Below are positions 54,701 through 64,000 of a DNA stretch of 64,000 nt, one piece after another (position 1 is the stretch's first letter; every line of letters begins with the position of its first letter). A program made the position numbers and the translations under genes. The stretch is from Catajapyx aquilonaris (lineage: Eukaryota), in NCBI GenBank assembly GCA_000934665.2, contig KZ538327.1, forward strand, positions 1 through 64,000, given 5' to 3'. The notes under the pieces were generated by a model. That model saw only the letters and a program-made list of their open reading frames with translations, was not told where the DNA came from and did no database searches.

Positions 54701-56379
54701 GTGTCCTGTAACATGTCCCTTTTCACTGATCCAGCATACCCACAATCCTTCCATTTTCTCTTTACGATCTGCTTACACTTAATGAGATCGCAGTTCACAT
54801 TAAAACGGTATGGGAACTTTTAAATTTAAAATTAGAAAGGCAAACTAGCACGGAGAGACAGTGTCAGAGTATTCTACAGTACACCTGCATTTGAAGCCTA
54901 TTATCTATGTGACGAGTCTGCATGATATACCGGTCCCTAGAAGTTATTAGCTAACCCTTGGTACTCTATTCCCCCCCCNCCCCCCCCCCCCCCCACTCCC
55001 TGCGTACCGCTACAATGAGTCAAATGACACAAAATGATTACTTGGTGCCCTGAAACTCACCCTGGAGGAAAGTGCGGGGTATCTTTGCTAGACGTGGGCC
55101 CTTGTCCTATGGATCATTCAGTTGATTACTTCATGCAGGATTAAGCAAAACAAAGAGCAGTCGAACGGATTCGATCTCACAGACCGGGTCTTGCTATAAC
55201 ACCACAATTTACTCAGGAATGGTGGGAATCTGCATACCCCACCACTCATCTCCCCACTCACTCGATTTAAAAAAAAAATGATTCCTGGATACCAGCAGAT
55301 CAATTTGGACACCAGAGTGGGTTAGCACTGTTCCATCACGGATCCTTCAATTAGAATAATCTGGAGATGATTGGCAGGGTGGCTGATTCCCTCTCCGAAT
55401 TGATATAGTGTCGGAAACGTGGTGGGACGAACCAGGGTGTGCCAGAGTGTGCCGGGGTAGCCTGAAATATGCAATTCAAGGCCCACTATCGGCACGTCAC
55501 GTGCCAGCCAGCGTATAGGATACATAAGAGAGGCGCAAATGCAGGATGGACCAGGTCACCCCTAGAGAGGAGCGCATTGGCACGATTACATAAAAGATCT
55601 AATTTCCTGACGGGAAATGGCGGGAGGGTTGTGGAAGCGGGAAATGGCGCTGGGGCTCAGACGGATTTGGCCGAGCCAGCGGTCGTTTTCGGTGTGAAAT
55701 CGGCCGCGTCATCCATCCAAAAGGGAGCGAGGGCCACCAGAGGGACGGGAAAAATAGGAAAGAGCTGGAGAGAGCCACCTGTCTTTCTATTATCTGATCC
55801 AGGGAGTCCGAGGGAGGGAATAAAGGGAACTGGCCGAATATTTCCTTGTTGGGAAGTAATGCTCTCCGTCAGGACGAGGTGCCAGCCCCTCTTATTTCCC
55901 TCCTTCTAGTTGCGTATATATACTTGCTTCGGCCTCTTTTCCCAGCTACTCGATTGAAAACCATTCGGTGTCGCCCACCAGACTCTTTCGTGCTGGAAGG
56001 AGGACATGATGGAGAAGGAGAAGCTTTGTCTCTGTCCTTTTCCAGCCCTTCTCGGGGGAGGAAAGCTGCTTATCTCTACCGTCAAATCAGAGCCTGTAGG
56101 TCTCATCACTCACTAATCCCGACCGAGCCTTCCGTCTCTTGGAGCATCCTTGTGGATCAAGTATGACGAGGAATGTCTTATTGCCATTACGCGGTATGAG
56201 ACCCAGCAGGAATGTGATTTAAATTCGTCATGCCATACTTCACGTTGAGTTTTGTTAATTTCCACCGGTAACGACGCTTGACGCTGCAGTTTCAAACGAG
56301 AAATTGTACAGTAAACGACCCTTGACATTTAGGCTTGTTACGTATGATATCGAGATGGCTGTAGGACTCTGTTGGTTAT

Positions 56380-56700
56380 CTACTGTACGTATTTGAGAGG
56401 AAAAAGATGGGGACGAATCAGGGCTGGAAACCGTTCATGTTTCTGCTCCATCGTTATTGATATACCGTACCGTTGGAGCAGCGACCTGACCGGTCTACGG
56501 TGAACTCGTTGGAGCTTTTGGCACTGGTCCATTCTCATCTTTTTGCTAACGACTGTACTATCTTTCAAGCTCCTAGTGCACTGTAACATCGTTGATGTCT
56601 CTGATCTTAATGCGAATCTCCAGTAACGTCATGATCGGTCATGATGTAGACTGTGGAGTAGGCCTCCTGTACATGGTGATTCAGAACTCCAGGTCAGTCA
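56380..56700 (-). pseudogene. Possible decayed CR1/L2-like LINE remnant
   Basis: The minus ORF 56380-56589 contains KLQRVHRRPVR (cf. LERVQRRATR) and ALIRPHL (cf. LVRPHLEY), but in non-canonical order, so this is weak. Confidence 0.25.
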
Positions 56701-57308
56701 CCCTCCAGGGTACTTGTACAGTACACTATTAGGCCATATAGAGTACCATGGCGGGGGAGTGACTCACCCTGTGCAATGGAAGTCCCGGTATGGAACATTT
56801 CTGTTGGAGGCAGGAGATATGTCCAGGGAAGTCATAGCCAAACATCCTTCTGGGAAAGAGAGGGCGCCGCCTGTTGGAATCTAATTGGAGAGTGCGGAAA
56901 GGTTGGGATTGTATGGGTGTGGGGAGGCTTCAATTAGTGCCGGGAGCTTCATATTTTGTCACTTGTAACGCGTGTTTGTGCTCATAAAATTTAATTACGT
57001 GTAACATAGCGGCCGCATGGGGACCCCGCGTGCGGAAATTGGCACGTGGCTTCCCAGCCATTTCCAACTATCACCCTGTCACACGTGCGGAGTAGTGCAT
57101 GCTGGGCCAGGAATGGAACTTTTTTCGGGGGGAATTTGGATGTTGAAGTTTCCAGGTTGGTAGGTTGTCCGCACTAATTTAGGGACCTCCCAGATGCTGG
57201 GTTTTTTCCCCCGTGCCCTGACAAGTGAGTGTTGAACCGACCACATCATGTACTGTACGCCCTCCACTATTTATAAGAGTTTATTGTTTATTAGTAGAGT
57301 TTATTATG

Positions 57309-57310
<2 letters not shown>

Positions 57311-57375
<65 letters not shown>
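57311..57375. repeat. (TAA)n microsatellite, about 21 units
   Basis: Seen directly. Confidence 0.95.
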
Positions 57376-59704
57376 TGTGCGTGTGTTAGGGGTTATCAAT
57401 GAAATAAATATCTAATATATACCTGTATGTTAAAATGAAGCTTGTGTTATATCGCTCAAAAACATAGAGACGATTTTGCATTTGACTCAATAAGTGCAGC
57501 CTGCACTTGAATCAAATGCAAAATCGTCTCTATGTTTTTGAGCGATATAGTACATCAAGTACACTAACATGGTTGCGAAGTGCTGTAGGATCAAGTGTCG
57601 GTTGGGTAAGTTGCAGGTGGGTGTCCGGGTCGGATACGGGTCCCACAAAAGCGGTTTTCGGGCGCCGTGTTTGTCTCCGGGCCCTTGTTCGATAGCGCTG
57701 TCGCACGCCAAGGAAAATGAATTACGCCAGAGGAGGAAGGAAAAGGACCACCCCCACCTCCCCCTTCCAATTGGGATTTGGCAGCCCAGACTTGCCTCGG
57801 GCTTCTTCTTCTTCTTCTTCGTCATATACTTCGCAGCCAGTCTTAGCGGGGTGGGATGCTTGAGGTCGTTGCTCGGGGAGACAACATGTCACGCTCGCCC
57901 ACTCTTAGTTGAATCCTCTGCCAATCAGACTCCGCATTTTGATACGTCATGGAAAATCCCGGTTCCCAAAGTTAGACTTGGCCATGTCATGGACTGCCTG
58001 CCGCTTTTGTCATGTGCTGGGAGCCAGCTCAGTCGTATCGGGTTGCAAGCGCTCGCACAGCAGACGGAAATTAATTTAGCCTGTAAAAATGCGTATCGGG
58101 GAAATTCGGCGTGGCTCGGGGGTTTCCCAAACTGTTGTGGAAACGGTGTCGTGTGTCGTTACACCCTATTAGTCAACCAGGGCTTTTGGCCTGTTCTTTT
58201 TGGCAAGGGGCTGACTTTGTTGGCAGTCTACAAGCAACCTATTATTCCTTTTCTCACTAAGATCGTTACTCTTCGCCTCCATTTTTCACTGTTTATATCT
58301 AGTCATGGAGTAGTGCCACTAGGTTCGCTGAGTTGCTTACTCTTTTGATGGACAATGTTATGAAGCAAATTTCACTCTAGATTCCCCGTGAAATTGCACT
58401 CTTTATATGAATGATCCTTTCAATGCTCATACTCTTCGTCGAGGGCCGATTGCGTGATCGTTGGTAAATTCATAACAAGTGGTTGATACATGTTATTCGC
58501 ATAAAATCAATTAGTTGCTGTGGGTATACAACATATCACGCAATAACGCTCCCTCCATTGCAATTTGTAAATTTGGGTAATATTTACTCAGGTTCTTCCT
58601 ATTATCAAAATTAATGACGTTGACTGGATTTCACTCTCAATATCTTCGAACGATTGCAGTATAAACATTCAGCCTGTGGCCATTTTAAATCCGCTGACTT
58701 GTGATGATTAGAAACCCATAGGCATGCAAGTATACGCCAATGGGATGTTTTTTTGCTGCCATCTTCTTCTTTTTTTGTATTTCCTTCTCTACTGGAGAGC
58801 ATCATTAAGCTTGCCTGGTCTGGATTCCTCCGATGGTGTCTTTGCAATGAAGGTTTTGGGAGACACGGTGCCAGGGGGCAACTTTTACAGGATTTATTTT
58901 TCTCCGTGTTTTCTCCTTTCCCGCACCCTACAACTGGAGCTCTCCTTCCTGGGAGAGTAATGAATTTGTTGCCGGGTTGGAAACTCGACGCGGTAATTCT
59001 TTGGCTAAAGAACGCGTTTGCTGTTTATTTAACAACGGGTGGGTGTACTCTGGGAGATGAAAAAAGAGGCGGAACGGGGGAGCCCTGTTGCCCTCCTTGA
59101 AGGAGGAGGAATTCAATCTAGTCCCTTTTTTTGTGGAAGGTGACTTAATAAGTTTAGAGAGGAAGGAGGCTCCCTCATTTTTTTATTCATCTTCCTCAGC
59201 TCAAGTTTGCACGAAGTTTGAAATGCTATTCATTAGTTGCGGAGAATTTTGCTATAGGCCCACGTGGAGGGGAAGTGAAATGAGGTACATTTTGCTTTTT
59301 TTGTGTGTGTGTCGAGTCGCTCGACCCTCTTGTCAAAAATATTCAGCGCAAGTCATGTCCTATAACACGAACTTTCACTCCATACGAATCCGCGTTTTTG
59401 TGCCTGGCTTCATTATATATTTTACTTCCTCCTTCCTGTCTTCTGTATTATTATTTTTTTTGTTGAGAAAAGAAGGAGACTCGTGCCTGGATGATGAACA
59501 TACCGGGTATAGTCTCCGACTATACTGTGTCCGTTGCCTCAGGATATTGATTTGGGCTAGTGGAACAACATTCTTTGGATTTGTTCGCGTGCTTCACTTT
59601 GGATGCGATATTTGTGGAATGTGAGCGCCACTCTTTTTTTGTTGCCTTGTGAACTCATACCTGCGAGTTAATCCCATGGCGATGTTTGTACCTGTAACGC
59701 GAGG

Positions 59705-59787
59705 AAATTGTCTCATTTTTCTTACCATCCCTTGTTCTCTCGTTCCAGGTATGCGGGCAATTTTTCACCACCATCTTGTATGTGAGT
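59705..59787 (+). promoter_or_regulatory. Candidate recursive splice site (ratchet point) with a cryptic 29-33-nt RS-exon
   Basis: About 40-nt AG-free pyrimidine-rich tract ending CGTTCCAG|GTATGC (AG 59747-59748), followed by overlapping donors GTATGT (59778) and GTGAGT (59782). Confidence 0.55.
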
Positions 59788-61601
59788 ATAACAACAGAAG
59801 GGTGCAGTTCTGTAGGGCTAAATATGGAAAGAATGGAAAAATTGTCGCTAATTTAGGGCGGCGTCTCGCATTCTTTCTGTGTGTCCCCTAGTGCGGTTCC
59901 TGCACGTATTGTACTGTGTGATTTTGTGCGCGGCTGGTGGTTCTGTTGGTGCCTGTGGTTGATTAAAGAGCGGTAATTTCTTAGTGACTAATGTCTTGTT
60001 CATATTGGTACATTTATGAAAGTTGATGGCGGCACAGCATGTGTAAGCAAGTTGGAGAAGGGAAGGGGGGGGGGGGGGGNGAAATAAAAAGGGGAAACGA
60101 AGCCGGACGAAAGCGTGGCAGCATCGTGGCAAAGAAGGATTATCTTGTGTAATTACATCCCCTCCACCCCATCTCGTAGCCTCTCTCCCCAGTGCTTTAT
60201 TGCGGGTATTGTAGCTGCGAGAATCGAGTCCCGTGTAAGTGGCACTTTGGGCTGTTGCTGAATTTGTGTTTCATCTTGGTATCAGTGCGCGGCAGCTTCT
60301 CTCCAGGTCGTAATGGAGAGGCTTAGTCTCCGAGTTGGAATTAATAATTAGGCCCGTTTCCGGAGGTTTCCTGGATATCCTGTCCCATTTCCGTCCGGAT
60401 GATGAATTACCGGGCAACACACAGCCTCGGGTTTTATGAGAGTATTGTGTCTATCCGGTATTATTATTCTGTTATCTCTGTAACGCAAATGTTGAGTGTG
60501 TCATACCGGGTCCCGTTGTTTATGTTGTTGTTGTTGCTCGGGGGTAATATAATCCAAGGATCAAAGCTGGATGATTACGATGGATGACACGAAAGAGCAA
60601 CGTTAATTTGGAAACTGTTGGGACGCTGTTTGCGTTGCAACTGAACGATTAAAACCCTTTTGGGCAAATGGCTAAAAAAATCCCTCGCATTTATGGAAGT
60701 ATGGGGGGCACAGCAGGTCCATCATGTGCGTGAGAGATTCGGGCCATTCTGTCTGATGGCAGCCACAAATACTGTTATGTGACAGTGTACTTGTAGCCAT
60801 ACAATCCATAAGGCATTTTTATGTGTTCGCTTTCGGACTGATAAACTCAATTAGTATTCCGCATCTGTTTTTCGGGAGGCAGGGGCCATGTGAGCTTTGT
60901 AAACATCAAGCCCAACAACATCAACATCAAAGAGAGGATTTTCCGGTGCGACTGACTTGTGACGGATTACCTCCCCCCCCCCCNCCCCCCCCCCCCTCCC
61001 CACGCATGCCCACGCTCCGGGTCGGCTCCGCTTGTTTTCAATCAAAGGTTAATGAAACTTGCTGACCAGTGCAGTCATCACTTTTTCTACACGTGCCAGG
61101 TCGCATTGGGAAATTGGGGAAGTTTGAGAAAGTCAAACACAGATCAGGCTGAACAATCTGATATAGGGCGGATTGTCAATACGGCATATTAATAATTATG
61201 AGATGTATTGTAGTGTTGACTCTGCGGACTGGCATTGGGTTGGTGGAGTAGTGGAACCCCTATTGTGGAAGGGTGTGAAGCCAGTCCGGGAATGGGAGCG
61301 AACGAGGAAGGGGAGAGCAAGCGAGCAAGTGCGTGTGTGCTGGGAGAGGGGTGGCGCCTATGGAGTCCCATAGTCTTCGGCGCTTGCTCCCTGGGCCAAA
61401 AGCGAGGTTGGGCGCAGCAGCTGGGGTAATGACGCTGGAAGGCTCGTGCCAGAAGCTCGTGAGGCTGGGACAAGGTTGGCTGCGTGCACCGCTGACTCTC
61501 ACTCACGTGTTTGGCTTGCACTGTGCGTGAGTGACTTTGATTTGGGAAAATAGGTGCACAGCGGCCAATGGGCAAGTAGAGGACTCTTTAAAGGGACAAG
61601 C

Positions 61602-61682
61602 ATGTTGCAGTGTTCTGTGGCACCGGCTCCTGCCCAAACTATGTCGGCCGAAAACGAGAGTATTCAAGACCTCCTTCGGAGG
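61602..61682 (+). CDS. Candidate alternative first coding exon (MLQCSVAPAPAQT-MSAENESIQDLLRR) of the PLEKHH-like gene
   Basis: In-frame ATGs at 61602 and 61641. Strong donor AGG|GTAAGT at 61683 in phase 0, the same phase as the 9245 junction. IQDLLRR resembles the VRELLRDK end of the main exon. Confidence 0.45.
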
Positions 61683-64000
61683 GTAAGTAGTCGCATACAC
61701 ACTGCCAGAGTTATGTGCTTTTGGTTATTCAACTTTGGGGTCATCGCTGTGGGAAAACGCCAGAGTGAAAACGTGTCGGGTCTGATGGCAAAGTTTTGTG
61801 TGGATTTTGCTGCTAAACTAATCCACAGCGTTAATCCCGTCAAAGCTGTGCGCCATAAAACAAACTTTATGCCTGACATGTATTGACGCACTTTCACTGT
61901 AAAATGGAGAATGCCACTCCGGGCTCCCCTGCGTTAAAGGGAACCTACCATTGTTATAATACGTGAACCTGGGTCCGAAGAAAAACATCAAAATTATTGG
62001 AAATCTCGAAGCACTTGTGGCCCCCGGGGTTTTCGAGTTTGTCGCCAGAATTTCCAATATAAGCAGGCTCACGTGGCGAAAAGTCCAGGGGAGCAGCTGT
62101 TCGTAGAAACTTGTGGCACTGCCTTTCCGTTATCGAAATTGGGCGTCAACCTTATACATTACATTCATCGATTATCCTTACAGCTCGTTGATGCTGGTTA
62201 TACACCATCTCGGCGCAACATTTGGCCTTTATCGGAGCCCAAATGTTAGGTTACTCTTATTATGAGCCCGTCGGAGTCGCAAGTTACCCCCGGCTCATTA
62301 TTACCGGAAGAGATTTTGGGTAACTGGCAGCTTCCATCAGAGGGTTATGTCGGCGACTATCACACTGCGTATTATTTTAGTCTGGAAGGAGTGTGGGTGT
62401 GTGCCTGAGCAGGATAGAAGGAGGGGAAACAGCACATAGGGAGTTTGGCTCGCCTGTATTAGCGTTGCTAAGCTGGGAAACGTGTGAATAAATTAGTGCT
62501 GGTATGTTGGCAGGGGTGGGGAGGCCCTGTTATCTCGCCAGACTATCCTCGGAAGAAACAGGAAATTACACTTCCGGACTCTTTTATAGCCTCACACGTG
62601 ACTCGAATTCCTCTCGTGTCCGCTCCCAAAAAGGGCGGTGGGTGGGTAGGCATGCAGTACAAATGGATAAATCCAATCCATCATGTCGAACCCACTTACC
62701 AAACCGTTGCTAATAACTCTGTTCATGTGAGCGGGCCCGGCCCAGCCAGCCGAAGAAAGAAAAGTGTCAGCTAGAAACCGCATTGAAGTCACTCGTATAC
62801 CTTTAACAAAAAATAAAATAAGAGAAACCGAGACTTAGGTCTCCCTTTCAGTTTGGTCACGCGGGACGGCCGTAATCCCTGTGAAAGACCCTTAAAATTA
62901 ATGCCCCACATTCCGACTTCTTTCAGTGATGCCTGCGCGGACTTTGAAAAACTCCGTGGCTGCGAATGAATGCCCAGATCGATTAGCCTTGGGCGCCGTC
63001 TCAATAGTTGGCCACACTTGGATTTTATGGGCCCGGCGTTTCGTGCGCCGTAAATCATCCCGACCTATATGTATATGAGTTATTTCGGTTTGGAGGAGCC
63101 CGGTTTAGGGCCCGAAGGGCATAGCGTGATGAGACCCGGAGTATATTGAAGCAAGGGATGGAAAAACGCGGGGTAAAAATGACTAGCTCCGTTCATCCGT
63201 GCAGAGGGATTCGTGATTTACTTGTGAATGTGAGCAGGTCTCTGTACAAGAAAACGGAGTGACCACGCAGTCTCGGTCAACGACACTCTCAATTTATGCA
63301 CGCAGGGTGACTTTAGTCTCCCCCATATATCCTCTTAGCCGCCCGGGGATACAGAAAGCAGCTGCTGGGAGGGGGGGGAAAAAATATATGCCAAGTCAAA
63401 TTGACTTGGCGACCATCTCCGTCATCCATTCATGGAGTGGAAATTTATGACCTGGAGGCTGGTCCAAGGAAGTAAGGACGTAATGCATCATCTCTCTCTC
63501 TCTCTCTTTCCCTCCAAGACTGCCGGTCAGCCCCTACGGATGAAGCCGTATAGCAAGATATTATATGCTGAGAAAATCCCCCTTCTCCCAAGATAGATTT
63601 ATTAAAATAAAAAAAGAACGCCATTGGATGCATCTGGTAGCTTGTAGGTAACTTCCAGCTGTTCCGCGTGACCCAACCGGTGCACCGTACAGTGGGTTGA
63701 AATCGCTTTGTGACCTCCCTTTGCGGACATGGCAAACGCACCTCGTTATTCGGACCTCAAAAGGCTGCGGCTGCAGTTGCCATCATGGACACGGACTTTA
63801 AAGGGGACGGATCTGTAACTCCAGGCGCTCCCCAAGTTCGTCGTCTATAGCCCGCTGCCACACTGCCGGCCGTTGTTATCTGCCCAACTTTTAGTAGAGG
63901 GGAGACAGGAATTTGCATAAATGTTATGGTTGTATGTCTAGGGTTGTCGTCTTCTTCTTTTTTCTAGGGAGGGGTTGGTGCCTCGTGGCGCCCTTGGCGT

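Larger units (their letters stand above)
9246..64000 (+). other. Very long intron (at least 54.7 kb, continuing beyond the window) of the PLEKHH-like gene
   Basis: Begins with GTCAGT. No ORF resembling the expected continuation (an ELEQR/EAExRAE-type coiled coil, PH, MyTH4 or FERM) was seen by eye. A short exon could have been missed. Confidence 0.65.

Noticed and set aside
57569..58348. Longest ORF in the track (259 aa)
   Set aside because: No recognisable domain, runs through a (TTC)n repeat giving poly-F, and has random-looking composition.
11661..61000. Many long G/C homopolymers as possible G-quadruplexes
   Set aside because: Several contain or abut Ns, so their lengths are unreliable. 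They are scattered with no positional pattern.
1..64000. CRISPR array, operon, phage or defence-type system
   Set aside because: No regularly spaced direct repeats and no dense long ORFs. Splice signals and microsatellites show the sequence is animal intronic DNA.

Overview
Eukaryotic (animal, probably arthropod-like) genomic DNA, almost entirely non-coding. One convincing coding exon lies on the + strand (exon about 8344-9245, CDS 8667-9245). It encodes the N-terminus of a PLEKHH1/PLEKHH2 (C. elegans MAX-1, Drosophila CG43867) family protein: a long Q/S/H/P low-complexity extension followed by the family motif DWQQRCLELEVSLQRYRDQAGRVRELLRDK. It ends at a phase-0 donor and I could not find the next conserved coding exon, so the rest of the window looks like one intron of at least 54 kb. 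The most interesting structure is in RNA processing. Two strong recursive-splicing (ratchet point) candidates at 37605/37606 and 59748/59749 are each followed by a cryptic donor about 30 nt downstream. A candidate alternative first coding exon (about 61.6 kb, MSAENESIQDLLRR|GTAAGT) ends in the same phase as the main exon. The 5' UTR is dense in uORFs, including two joined by a TGATG stop-start overlap. Also present are two MITE-like inverted-repeat elements, several possible decayed LINE remnants, microsatellites and assembly Ns at G/C homopolymers. There are no prokaryotic-type systems, CRISPR arrays, rRNA or clear tRNA genes. Nearly all other listed ORFs look spurious. Family assignments are from recalled sequence similarity, not from a search.
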